Source: Azolla caroliniana | Taxonomy: Eukaryota; Plantae; Polypodiophyta | Direction of reading: 5' to 3' | DNA: 64,000 nucleotides | Assembly (NCBI GenBank): GCA_043228905.1 | Contig: JBHGNT010000010.1 | Coordinates: 12,338,001 to 12,402,000 of the forward strand | Part shown: one piece after another, positions 8,890-22,083 of the stretch | Layout of the letters: every line of letters starts with the position of its first letter | Numbering within the stretch: the first letter of the stretch is position 1 | Position numbers and translations under genes: made by a program | The notes under the pieces: model-generated | The model's input: the letters and a program-made list of their open reading frames with translations, nothing else | What the model was told of the DNA's origin: nothing | Database searches by the model: none

Positions 8890-11800
8890 TCATTCACTAT
8901 CTTTTTCAGGATAGTCTGTAACGTCTTGTTCATGGATTCTGCTAACCCATTTTCCTATGGGTAATATGGCATAATCTTCTTGTGTATGACGGTGTAAATG
9001 GTGCGTGAGTTTGTGGATGACCGAATTCAAGAAATGGCTCCCTTGGTCGCTTATGAGCTCTATTGGGCAACCAAAACGGCACCAGATGTGTTCGGAAAGG
9101 AATCTTGCCGTGGACGTCGCAATATTGTCTTGTAACGGTTTGGCTTCTACCCACTTTGTGCAGTAATCTGTGGCCACGAGAATGTATTTGTTGATGTCCG
9201 TGTTGTTGCCGATGTAAAGGGACCGACAAAATCGAGACCCCATTTTTGGAACGGGTCAAGTGGGAGTACTGGTTGGTGAGGCATTCTTGCGAGCTCCGTA
9301 GGTTGCGTTGACACAGATAACATTGTTTATAGTATTGATATGCGTCCTTTTGCGTAGTTGGCCACCAGAGACCTGCTTGCCATGCTTTTCTAGCCGTGAC
9401 ATCACCTGTGTAATGTCCTCCAGCCGTTCCACAATGAGCTTCGCGTAGTACGGCTTCCTTCTCATCCTACCGTATTCCACGCCGCCAAATTCCATCGCTA
9501 CCGTTATGGTAGAGTACGCCTTCGACCAGACAAAAGTTACGAGTCCGAACTGCTAGTCGTTTCTTTTCGTCCGTTTGTAGCTGTGGTGGTGGCAGCCCCG
9601 TGGTAAAAAAGTAAGTCATCTCCATTAGCCAACGATCCGGAAAATTATTTTCTTCTCGTGACGCCGTGGTTGCGACCCGCAGAATATCAACGTCGAGAAA
9701 GTCATCATCTTATCACAATGCGTTATCACCGTTATCTACTTTGCTGAAGAAATCCGCTACGACATGCTGCGTACCCGACCGATGTTGAAACACGAAGTCC
9801 AACTCTTGGAGCAGCAACATCCATCTGGCCAGCTTCCCTGTCAACCTCTGCTTCTCGACTAGGTAGAGTAATGCCACGTGGTCTACGTGAAACGTAAATT
9901 TCAGCCCGAGTAGATAATGCCGGAATTTGTTGATATTGTAGATCATACCAAAGGCCTCATGCTTGGTCATGGAGTAGTTCCATTCGGCATCTGATAAGTT
10001 ATGACTGGCGTAATAAACCGGCCGGTACCAATTAGGCTCTGTGAGCTGCATCAATGCGTTGCCTATTGCGATATCTGAGGCATCTACAAATACGTGAAAA
10101 GGTTTCGTTCAATCTGGTGGTTGTACGACTGTTGCTTGGGTTAGCATTATCTTTAGTGCCTCGTACGCTTTGTTTTCTATTGTCGTCCATGTGAAAGAAG
10201 TACGATGTACGACGTTGTGTAATGGAGTCGAGAAATCCGCAAGTGTCGTAATATACGGTTGTGCCATCGTATTTGCCCTAAGAAGCGGCTAAGGGCTTTG
10301 GCATTAGTCGAGGTCTTCGCTTCAATGATCGCTATTATTTTGTTAGGGTCTACTGTTATCCCCTCCTTGCTTACTATATGTCCGAGGAGTGCTCCGCTGG
10401 TGACACCAAATGCACATTTCGCCGGATTAACACTGAGGCATGACATACGGCAACGCTCCAAACAAAGCCGTAGATGACCCAAATGTTCACCTCATGTTCC
10501 ATACACCGCAAAGTCATCGAGAAAAACTTGCATAAATGCAGGTATATATTTTCCAAAAATCTCCATAATTGTTTGCTGGAAAGTGGCGGGCGCCGTTTTC
10601 AGACCAAACATCATTACTACAGCGACGAACACGCCCCAGTTCGTGATGAACGCGGTCTTTTCTTGGTCGTCAGGGTGCATGTGTACTTGATTGTATCTGC
10701 TGAAGCCATCCAAAAAACTATACATGTGTCATGGCCCGCGACAACGTCTAGTACGCTATTTGTAAAAGGTAAGGTAAACACATCCGTAATTGTTACGGCG
10801 TTTAACTGACGATAATCCACGTAGACGCGTATTTTCCCATTTTACTTCGGCACCACGACTATTGGACTCAGCCACGTGGCCTGTTTTACCAGCCGAATGA
10901 ACCCTGCTTTCAATAGTTTGTCAATTTCTTCTTTTATGTGAGCCGCGTAATTCGGGTTCATTCGATAACGTTGCTGCTGCACAGGTTTCGCGTTGGTGGA
11001 CAAGTTGATCTTGTGTTAATAAAATTTCGGATCCAACCCTTTCATGTTCTCGTGTGACCATGCGAAAACATCCTTATATTCCCAAAGCAGTTCTGTCATC
11101 GCCGTCTTCTCACCTGAGTTCAGGTGACTCCCTCGCAATTGAGAGTAGTTGTGGCACCGCCGTAGTTCCGATGTTGACTTCTTCTAATGCAGACGCGGTG
11201 CGGTGACTCAACGTGAGATTTCCATTTCTTTATCGAACGCTTCTCATGCCCTACTCAAATCAATTATCGACTCAAGATCAGGCTCATACTCCTCGTCTTC
11301 AAGCGTACTGGTTGGGGCGTACTCCGCAACAGTTTCCATTACATCAATTTTGAATAATGGCGCAATCTGCGAGTTTTCATTGAGGTATGCCTCAAGCTCA
11401 GTATCATCCAATCTTTCTAGCATATTAATATCTTCGGCGTATAATGGCGTTATGCCCTTGGTTGGGGCCGTCGTATCTTGCGTAGGTACACGGACTTTGC
11501 TACGGCCTCGTCGAAAGCTAATACAATTATGCTGCCAATTCTGCTTGATGTTGGCGGAGCGTAACCATGGTCTGGCTAGCAAAATTGGATACGCTCCCGG
11601 AGCGTCTAATGCGAGCACTACGACAGAGATGTCAAAGTGATGGCCTCCGACGACAATTCCTAATTTTCGAATTAACCCGAGGGGCTTGATGGAATGGGTG
11701 TCTGCCATACGAAGCTAGAAAGGGCATGCTTCCCAATCGGTAATGCCCAGTCAAGTACACGTGTTTGTACTAATGACATTTACGCCGGATCCCCCATCGA

Positions 11801-14180
11801 TGATGCATCCCGGTGTTTCTTGAGCCTTCCGTACCAATTTAATGGTTGGATTGTGGTGATCTACTACTGTTGGGCCATTACTAGACTCTGTGAAATTGGC
11901 CGAGACATCTAATCCAGTTGTGCCTCATATACGATTCTCTACCACCTGTCGGAATCGTGGAACCAAGCGGAGGAGCTTATCCATGGTCAGTGTTATTTCA
12001 CTGTCTGCCAATGCTTTCCATATGGGGTCCGGTGATAATGCGTTATCGTCCGTCTGCAAATTGGTGTTCGTTGATTCTTGTTTCATACGCTCCACGTTTG
12101 CCGCATTTGCTTTTTCTACCTAGGCCTGGGTTGCTTTGCGTATCCCATTCTGTGTTTTGCGCCTGTTGTCGCGTTGTGACCTGCTGGACTTCTGCCGTGA
12201 TTTTATTTACAGCTAGTTCTTTACCTTTGCGACACGGACACTGCATCGCGTAATGACCGGGCTGCTGTACGCTTGACTCGCCTCTCTCTACAACTAGTGA
12301 TGTATTGGTTTCTACTGGTACGGCTTGCTCTTCCCGGGTTTGCTGAATACACCTATTATTCCGGGGTTGTTGATGATATTCTTGGCGCTGCACTGGGTGT
12401 TGTTCATCTTCTGAGCTCTCCTCATAATGGCGTTGGTCCCTAGGCTGACGATTGTTACCATTTGGACGAGGTCCATTTAATCCTCCACGATTGTTGGTAG
12501 TTCGTCGATTGTCGTAGCGATGTCCCCCCCGATTCTAATGGTTGGTATTCCGATACTCTTCATCTTCTTGCTCTTCTTTGTCGGAATATGGGTTGTTATT
12601 ACGACGGTGACGGTATTGGCACTCCGTTCTTTGATTTCGGTCCGTATACCGGGGGCGCTCCTGTTGTCGGCCTTGGTCATTCCTGCAAAATTGACATTGT
12701 GGCTCCAGACGGCGTACTACAGGTGTGGGCCTGTTCACCATATTATACTCACATTGATCCACCGTGTGTGCCTGTGAGTGGCAAATGGGGCAATTTATTC
12801 TCATATTACATTCGACCACGGAATGCTTGGAGTTTAAACAAATTGTGCACTGAATGGCCTGGCGGAATCGATGTTCCTCTTCTTGAGGCAACACTTGTCA
12901 TAGCGATGCCATGGACAATCCTTTATCTTCCTCCTCTAACTCGAGCTGGAATGCTCACTCGATGACCATATCCGACGTCTCCCCTTTCACACTATACGTG
13001 TTCAGCATCGTCCTGATAGGTCGTCATAAGGTTGCCAAAAACTTTTCCTTGGCCTCTTCGTCTATTGGGCCCCATGTAAGGTTCCGCCGTAAACTCTGGA
13101 AATGCAGACTAAAATCTGCTACGGATTCCGTTGGAAGTTGCTTGATGGTATAGAACTAACCAATAATTTCACACTACGGCACTCGCCGATGAAACAAACG
13201 TAAGAACACCGATTGCAATTGGTCGAAGGTTGTGATTGCTACCAAATCCATTTGGGAATGCTAGCACGTCGCTCGACCATCCAAGGTTAACCCGAATTTG
13301 GCAATTTTTGATGTGTGGGCTTCGCCATGTGATTCACATTCCAGACATTGAGGAACGATTGTATGTCGCTCCCAATGTCGGTTTCTCCGTTGAAGGGGGA
13401 GTATGAAAAAGCCATTCCGGTCACGATGGTGACGGTCGGCAAAGGAAGGTTATTGTCACTGTGGTGTGGGCTATTGTGGTGTTTGTTCGCACTACTTTGG
13501 TTATGTGGCAATAAGACTTCGTGATTGAAGCCGCTCTGTTCTGTGAGCATGGAGTCTACTGTGTACTCCTAAAAAGAGGAGGTGTGATCACTAAGGCCAG
13601 GTTTCCGCGTAGCATGTTCTTCTGTTTGTCTGGTGATGGATCTAGTTAGTGGTCGATCTTCTCTCGTAGGTTCTCTGATACGTCGGCGGCTAGACATCCA
13701 TTCCTTGCTTGGTCGGCTTTGAGGATTCACAGACCACCAGACATGCCAAAAGTGTTACCAGTTAGGAACACAGTCCACCCTCAGTTCTTCGGGGTATCTT
13801 ACAAGGTGATCGTGGTGCAAGGGAATAGGGATGCATAGTGCGTGATTTGTAAGGCGAAAAGGGGGGACGGCTACAACCGAACCTCCGTAGCAGTGCAATA
13901 CCCCAACGCGTACTTACCTTGTGTTTATTGCAACACAATCTTGTACAGAGAACAAGAAACGAAAACAAGAGACTAATAGGTAGAATACCAAGATCAGAGA
14001 AGATAAAACTATATTAAAATGACGTTCCTATAATACGCTCCCTCTTTACAATGGTCTCTCACCCCTTATATACACAAGGCTTCTAATCGGTTATGCTCCC
14101 TGCGTAAAACCATTACACGCATTACTTTAACGCTCCTAATATAATACTCTATTTTCCATGCGTTATGTCCGGCGGATACA
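8890..14180 (-). mobile_element. Gypsy family C copy C1, decayed (5' LTR 13753-14180, gag, protease, RT, RNase H, integrase; 3' end lost)
   Basis: Degenerate PBS TGGCATGTCTGGTGG after the LTR. CCHC knuckles; IIDGGSGVNV; YSFLDGFS...FGLKTAPATFQ...VFLDD; FVDASD; YILVATDYCTKWVEA. Order RT-RH-INT. Many stops. LTR end matches the LTR at 58035-58499. Confidence 0.88.
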
Positions 14181-14744
14181 ATTCAGTTGGACAACAGAGA
14201 GCACGACCTAGTCTCCACTACTCGCCGGTTCGTCATCTGGTTGACCACTCCGGCTCAACCAGTTTGGAATCGGTCCACTCATCTAGAGAGAAGTTGAACG
14301 ATCCGGCTATTCGGATTCCGCGATGCTTCCGTATGTTCCGGATTCCACCGGATCATCAACAATCGGCTCGGGTTCGGGTGGAGAGAAGTAGTACGAGCCA
14401 ATTCATTGAAGATGACATCTCGGCTAACTTGGATTGCTTGTGATCGGGGGTTATAACACTTATCACCCTTTTCTTCATCCGAATAGATGACGAGAATGCA
14501 CTTTTCGGCTTTCGCGTCTAACTTCTTCCGTTTTTCTTTTGGTACAGGCATATATGCAATGCTACCGTACACCCCAAGGTGTGCCAAATTTGGCTTCCGC
14601 TCGAAATACAGTTCATGCGGTGACACCTTTGTCCCTAAGGCTGATATTTGATTTTGGATGTAGACGGTTGTCCGAATTCCGTCGGCCCAATAAAACATGG
14701 GCATGCTTTTCTCCCCAAGCATTGCCCTTGCTGCTTCTACTAGT
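14181..14744 (-). pseudogene. Copia family F integrase C-terminal part (continues 23297-23850)
   Basis: MLGEKSMPMFYWA...KKLDAKAEKCILV. Joining 14744 to 23297 restores QNGVAE.RNRKLVEAARAML. Confidence 0.8.
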
Positions 14745-14956
14745 TGTTATCCGTGGGATTTTTGGTACGTGAATTCTTTGTCTTAAAAGTCATGTGTTAG
14801 TGTATGTGCAAATGGGCACATAAGTGTGAGTATATTAATATATTAAACACATGCACATTTCTGTGAATGTGTGCAAATATGTAAAGCGGGTAGGTTGTTG
14901 GAAGGTTATATAACTAACCTAGAAACCCCATTGTATGTTCTTGATTTGGAACCCTC

Positions 14957-17900
14957 TGTTGGGAGACAAGTCCCTCCGAATGGGAAGGGAGAAGAACAAT
15001 GCCGATGAACAAACTCGGCCGAGGCCGAAACCGGATGAGGAGTACCCGGCTACGGAGAGCCGGATGGTGCAGACCCGGTGAGAACCGGATGAGGAGTACC
15101 CGGCTATGGAGAGCCAGATGGTGCAGACCCGGTGAGAACCGGATGAGGAGTACCCGGCTACGGAGAGCCGGATGGTGCAAACCCGGTGAGGAATGCCGAA
15201 ACCGGATGAAGAGACATATTCGTAAATATGTTTCTGAGAGTCCATCGAGACTATATTTGTAAATAGCCGAAAAGTCATATTAGTATAAATATGACTTAGG
15301 GCAAACTTTTACTTACTGTTGTTGTTGTTGTTGTAATTCTTGTTGGTGCAAGAAAAGTGAAAGCGTATAACTGTGTACAGAGAGAGAGAGAGAGAGAAAG
15401 AGGTCGTTGCCTCTGTTGTAACCGCCGCTTATGGAGAAGATCGTGAGCACGAGGTCGTTGCCTCTTTGAACTCACTGTTTGTACATTCTAACATAGTGAT
15501 AGTTTGCAGCCTGTGGGCTGCCGTGGTTTTTCCCTTAGTTTGGGTTTTCCACGTAAACATCCTGTGTACATTTTTTTTTCTCTTCTCCTTTGTGTAGCGT
15601 GTTTTCGTTTCCTGTTTTCTGTGTATGATTCTAAGCTCGGTTGTGGCCGAGCATTGTGCATAAGGAGCGTTGAGTTCCCGTCAAGTGGTATCAGAGCGAA
15701 ATGACACAGAAAATGGACGAATCGTTTGGCGGCATGTTCAAGCTCACCGGCTCCAACTATTCAGTGTGGAAGTCGAAGATGAGGGACATGCTCGTGGTTA
15801 AAGATCTTTGGTTACCGGTTCAGTTCGGGGACAAGAGATCGGACAAGATCGATGCCACAATATGGGAGGTGATGCACATGAAGACAACGGCGTACATACG
15901 GTGCTTCATCGACATGAGCTTATACAACAACTTCAATGAAGAGAGCAAGGCTCATGAGCTCTGGGAGAAGATTGGCATAATGTTTCAAAACAAAAATGCT
16001 GTTAATCAGGTTTCCGTATTCCGGAAGCTAGTAAGACTCCGGTACCAAGATGGCTCAAGCATGGCGGAGCACATGAATGCCTTCCAGGGGCTGATCCACC
16101 AGGCAACTTCATTGGAAGTACCTCTCGCCGATGAGGTACTAGCGCTACTCCTGCTCGGTTCCCTCCCGGATAGCTGGGAGACGTTGGTTGTCACTTTGGG
16201 CAATGCCGGGCCGGAAGGAAAACGGTTATCCCTAGCAAGAGTAAAGTCGAGCTTGCTAGATGAGGAGGCGCGTCGGAAAGATAAAGAGACGAGCTCCGAC
16301 TCCAAAGCTCTCCTTACCGAATCGGAACGCGGAAGACACAAAAACCGTAGTCCCCAAAACCGGGAGAAGTCGGGGACACGGTCAAAGTCAAGGGGAAGGC
16401 CTACTTGCTTCTATTGTGGCAAGCCGGGACACTTCTAGAAGAACTGTCGGCATTTCCGAAAGGACAAGGAAACCGACGGTACCGATTCGAAGCGGATACC
16501 GGACCGGAACGGTAAAAACCGGAGGGGGCCGGACCGGAAGGGGACGACGACAATCGCGGCAAGTGAAGAAGAGTTGATGCTCATCACCGAGGAGAGTGAG
16601 ATAAACCTTGCCGGCGACGAGATGACTTGGGTGGTCGACTCCGGAGCGTCGTTCCACCTTACCCCGAACCGAAAATGCTTCTCATCCTACTCAGTCGGTG
16701 ATCACGGCTGTGTCCGGATGGGGAATGAAGGTACATGCCGAATTGTCGGCATAGGAGACGTGTGGTTGTCAACACCAACCGGATGCAAGTTGGTGCTGAA
16801 GGATGTCCGACACGTTCCGGAGGTTCGTCTGAACCTGATATCAGCCGGTTGGCTAGATGATGAAGGCTACACAGGTAGCATCCGGAACGGTGTCATGAAG
16901 TTCAGCAAAGGGAGCCTGATTGTGGCTCGGGGCCGGAAGGTCAACACACTGTACCTGATGAATGCCCGGTTATGTCCGGAAGAAGTGAACATGGCATCCG
17001 ACACTGCCGGTGAGCTGTGGCACAAAAGGCTGTGTCACATGAGCAAGAAGGGGATGAAGAGGCTTGCAGACGACAACCTCATTCCAGTGAAGAACGTGCA
17101 CTTAGAGAAGTGCAATGATTGTTTGGCCGGTAAGCAAAACCGGACCTCCTTTCGACCAAGGCCACCGATGAGACGTAATGCACCACTGGAGTTGGTGCAT
17201 ACTGATGTGTGTAAAGTGGACGCGAAGTCACATGCAGGATCGCAGTACTTCGTGACGTTCATAGATGACCACAACCGGGAGCTGTGGGCCACACCGTTGA
17301 AGACGAAGGATCAGGTGCTATCCGTCTTCAAAGAACGGAGAATGGAAAGAGAAACCGGCTGGAAGCTGAAGGCGGTTCGAGCAGATAACGGAGGAGAATA
17401 CCGGGGGCAGTTTGTGGAGTACTGCCGCTCGAAGGGAATCCGGCTCGAATTTACCGTGCCGAAGACGCCGGAACTAAATGGACTGGCTGAGAGGATGAAT
17501 CGGACCATAATGGAGAGGGTCCGGAGTATGCTAGCGCATGCAAAACTACCCAAGAAGTTTTGGGCTGAGGCACTGTCGACGACGACATATGTGATAAACA
17601 GATCACCCTCAGTACCCTTGGATGGAGACACGCCACAGAGAGTATGGACTGGTAAGGAAGTGTCCTACCGGCATCTGAAGGTGTTCGGGTGTCTCGCGTA
17701 CGTGCATGTAGCTAAGGACCGGAGAGGAAAGTTAGATCCAAAAACCCGGCCATGCATATTCCTCGGTTACGGTGACGATAAGTTCGGCCACCAAGTGTGG
17801 GACCTGGTCGACAAGAAGGTATTCCGGAGTCGAGATATTATCTTCATGGAGGACAAGACGCTCGCCGACTGGGAGTCGGAGAAGAAGATAATGAACTCCG

Positions 17901-20516
17901 AGTCGACCGGTAAGGATAGAGTCTACGATGAGCAGACCCAACCGGAAAGACACCGGTTAGCACTCGAGGGACCAGCCGGTTACGGTGAGGATACCGAACA
18001 GCAGATGAAGAAGTAGAGGAAGCTGAAATCAGAACCGACCAAGACCCCGAATCGGATTCGGATGAAGAGCAAATGGAGGAGCCGGTTACCGAAGCCCAAA
18101 GATGAAGATATCCTCTCAGAGAGAGAAGGGCCCCCCGGAGATTTCCGGATGCAGAGCATGTGCTGTTGACTGATGAGGGGGAACCGGAAAGCTTCGAAGA
18201 AGCGAAGGATGACACCCACAACCGAAAATGGTTAAGTGCCACGCAGGATGAGATGGATTCCCTGCATGAGAACCATACGTACGAATTGGTAGAGTTGCCG
18301 AAAGGAAAGCGGGCACTCCGAATTAAGTGGGTGTACAAGTTGAAACCGGGAGATGCCGGCAACCCCCTGAGATACAAAGCCAGGATCGTGGTGAAGGGGT
18401 TCCAGCAGAAGAAGGGCGTGGACTTCGACGAAATATTTGCCCCGGTAGTACAGATGACCTCCATCCGGACGGTGCTGAGTATAGTGGCAAGCATGGACCT
18501 TGAGGTAGAGCAGCTAGACGTGAAGACGACATTCCTTCACGGCGACCTCGAAGAGGAGATCTACATGCAGCAACCGGAAGGATTCGTGGAGAAAGGGAAG
18601 GAGCACCTAGTATGCCGGTTGAAGAAGAGCCTCTACGGGTTGAAGCAAGCACCCCGGCAATGGTACCGGAAGTTCGATTCCTTCATGACTGATCAAGGGA
18701 ACCACAAGACGCAGGCCGATCTCTGCGTGTTTGTGAAGAAGTTCGAAGGAGGCGACTTCCTGATACTCCTTCTATACGTGGATGACATGTTGATCGTCGG
18801 ACGGGACCAAGTCAAAATACGGATGCTGAAGAAGGCTCTCAACCGAACCTTCTCAATGAAAGACTTGGGTCCGGCAAGACAGATGCTGGGGATGCATATT
18901 ATCCGGAACCGGTCAGCGAAGCAATTATGGCTGTCACAGGAGAAGTACGTGACAAAGGTGCTTCACTGGTTCAACATGTCAGATGCGAAACCGGTCGGAT
19001 CGACACTTCCGGCAAACTGCAGGCTATCCGGTAAGCAAAGCCCGAAGACAAAAACAGAGAAGGCGAATATGATGAAGATTCCATATGCCTCTACCGTCGG
19101 GAGCTTAATGTACGCGATGGTGTGTACCCGACCGTATATAGGATACGCAGTCGGAGTGGTGAGCCGGTTCATGAGCAATCCCCGCAAGGAGCACTGGAAC
19201 ACAGTCTAATGGATACTCTGGTATTTGAAGGGCACTTCAAATATTTGTCTCCGATTCGGCTCCGGAAAACCTCAACTTGATGGTTTCACCGATTCGGACA
19301 TGTCGGCTGATGTGGATACCAGCCGGTCTACATCCGGGTATGTAATGACATATGCAGGGGGAGCTGTTTCGTGGCAGTTGAGGCTGTAGAAGACGGTTGC
19401 ATTGTCAACCACAGAGGCGGAGTACATGGCAGCCGTGGAAGCCGGCAAGGAAATATTATGGATGAAGGAATTCATCGGAGAGCTCGGTATCCGGCATGAT
19501 GAATACCGACTCTATTGCGACAGTCAAAGTGCCATCCACCTGGCTAAGAATGCGGCCTACCATTCCCGGACGAAACATATCCAGCGAAGGTATCACTGGA
19601 TCCGGGAAAGAGTAGATGACCAGGAGTTCGCACTGACGAAGATCCACATGGCCGAGAACGGGTCATATATGCTTACCAAAGTGTTGATACCCGACAAGCT
19701 GGATGCATGCCGGAAGAGGATCGGACTAGTAAGACACCCCATGCCGGAGTGAAGGGGGAGTTTGTTGGGAGACAGGTCTCTCCAAATGGGAAGGGAGAAG
19801 AACAGTGCCGATGAACAAACTCGGCCGAGGCCGAAACCGGATGAGGAGTACCCGGCTACGGAGAGCCGGATGGTGCAGACCCGGTGAGAACCGGATGAGG
19901 AGTACCCGGCTACGGAGAGCCGGATGGTGCAGACCCGGTGAGAGCTGGATGGTGCAGACCCGGTGAGAACCGGATGAGGAGTACCCGGCTACGGAGAGCC
20001 GGATGGTGTAGACCCGGTGAGGAATGCTGAAACCAGATGAAGACACATATTCGTAAATATGTTTCTGAGAGTCCATCAAGACTATATTTGTAAATAGCCG
20101 AAAAGTCATATTAGTATAAATATGACTTAGGGCAAACTTTTACTTACTGTTGTTGTTGTTGTTGTCATTCTTGTTGGTGCAAGAAAAGTGAGAGCGTATA
20201 ACTGTGTACAGAGAGAGAGAGAGAGAAAGAAAGAGGTCATTGCCTCTGTTGTAACCGCCGCCTGTGGCGAAGATCGTGAGCACGAGGTCGTTGCCTCTAT
20301 GAACTCACTGTTTGTACATTCTAACATAGTGATAGTTTGCAGCTTGTGGGCTGCCGTGGTTTTTCCCTTAGTTTGGGTTTTCCACGTAAACATCCTGTGT
20401 ACATTTTTTTTTCTCTTCTCCTTTGTGTCGCGTGTTTTCGTTTCCTGTTTTCTGTGTATGATTCTAAGCTTGGTTGTGGCCGAGCATTGTGCATAAGGAG
20501 CGTTGAGTTACCGTCA
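14957..20516 (+). mobile_element. Full-length but decayed Tnt1/Tork-like Ty1/copia (subfamily G)
   Basis: LTRs 14957-15683 and 19763-20516. TSD CCCTC. PBS TGGTATCAGAGC 15686-15697 (initiator Met type). PPT GAAGGGGGAG. Confidence 0.95.
15701..19752 (+). pseudogene. Copia gag-pol with stops and frameshifts
   Basis: CFYCGKPGHF; WVVDSGASFH; ELVHTDVC; LLLYVDDML; stops at 16438, 19209 and others. Confidence 0.92.
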
Positions 20517-20605
20517 CCCTCATGTAATGTACCTATATAACCCCACCCAAGGGGCATGAATGAATATATAGAACTAGTAGAAGTTTTGCCTCTCAATATT
20601 CTGTC

Positions 20606-20608
<3 letters not shown>

Positions 20609-20648
<40 letters not shown>
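20609..20648. repeat. (CT)n microsatellite within family B LTR
   Basis: About 20 CT units, much shorter in the 3' LTR. Confidence 0.9.
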
Positions 20649-20650
<2 letters not shown>

Positions 20651-21499
20651 ATGCTCAACCCCCTTAGGAGGGGGGTGGAGCCTTTCTTGGCTCCATCCCC
20701 CACCCATCAACACTTGGCACGCCCGGTGGGACTAACCCTCCCTTTGAGAAGAAGTCGAAGAACTACATACGACAGAAGGATGCAAGAGAGCGTGGTTATG
20801 GCTACGGTTATGCGAGATGCTCATCCTTATGGCTACGACTATGCGAGATGCTCATGCTACTGATTTTTTCATCATCATCCACATGCCCTCATATTCCCTC
20901 AATATCATGCTAAAGTTCTTTCGGATCGAGGAATTTCACACGCGGATGTTGTTGATGTGGATGTGGGTCATTTCTTGTAATGCAACAAATGCCTTTTCTG
21001 ATCTTGGTCTGACAAAGATGATGGGATCGTGAAGTCAATGTTTCTTTGTGTTTCATCCCATTTCAGGGTTTCTCAGGAGGATTTTCTATGGAATTCAAGC
21101 CTTTGAGTTATGGTTTCTAAGGGTGGCATGGAGCCTCGCCCCTTTGTTTGAGTCTCAGTTAGAGCTCTAGCACTTCGTCTCTCTCGACCTCCCAAGTTTG
21201 ACACAGGATTCTTCCATAGCGCATCATCGTCATCAACGTCATCTGCAATGGCTCCCTTTTCCTTCCAAACATAATTATCACGATCTTGTTTTCCATGAAT
21301 ACATTCGATAATCCTTCCCTCTAAAATCATCATACCTGACCTTCCATCCATCCATCCTTCCTTCTTTCCTTCCATTCATCCTTCCTTGCTCTTCTCTCAG
21401 CTCACCCTCTACAATATTCAATAACCATACATTATGCATACATATATAGACCATGTACACCTGCAATTATATTTGCGGCAATCCGACTCACCATCCTCT

Positions 21500-22083
21500 C
21501 AAGATAATTGGGAAATTCCTTCTGTGCCGTTGGCCGTTAAAGAAGGACTATGGTTAAAAACAGTGTTAAAGGAACACCAACTATGTGAACCACTTCAATT
21601 GAAAATCTTCTACGACAATATATCATGTATCTACTTAACGAAGAATCCAAAGCACTCAGAGAAAACAAAGCATGTGGATTTAAAATATCACTTTATACGA
21701 GAGTTGGCTGAAGAAAACAAGCTTATCTTAGAGTTTACATTGACAAATCATATGTGGGCTTTTTTTTTAATAAAGGCTCTCCCTCCAGACAAATTTGAAG
21801 CTTGTTGTAAAAATTTAGGATTACAACGATTCACAACTAATTAGTTTATGGGAGGCTGATGTAATAAACTAATTAGTTAGAATAATAAATAGAAAAATAG
21901 ATTATTCGAAAGGGTAAACAATATGAAAAGGTGCACCCCAAAAATAGGGTGCACCTATAACCACCACAATCTCTGTGTGTGTGGTCGGTTGGTTGTAGAG
22001 AGAGAGAAACAATCAATTAATAAAGTTTCTACTTCTCTTTCTCTCTTTCCCTCTTCCTCTCTTTCCATTTCTTATTTCCTACA
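21500..22083 (+). mobile_element. 3' remnant of an unrelated AT-rich copia (RNase H, PPT, LTR 21860-22083)
   Basis: KIFYDNISCI...KTKHVDLKYHFIRE. GGGAGGCTGA|TGTAA...CTACA. Confidence 0.7.
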
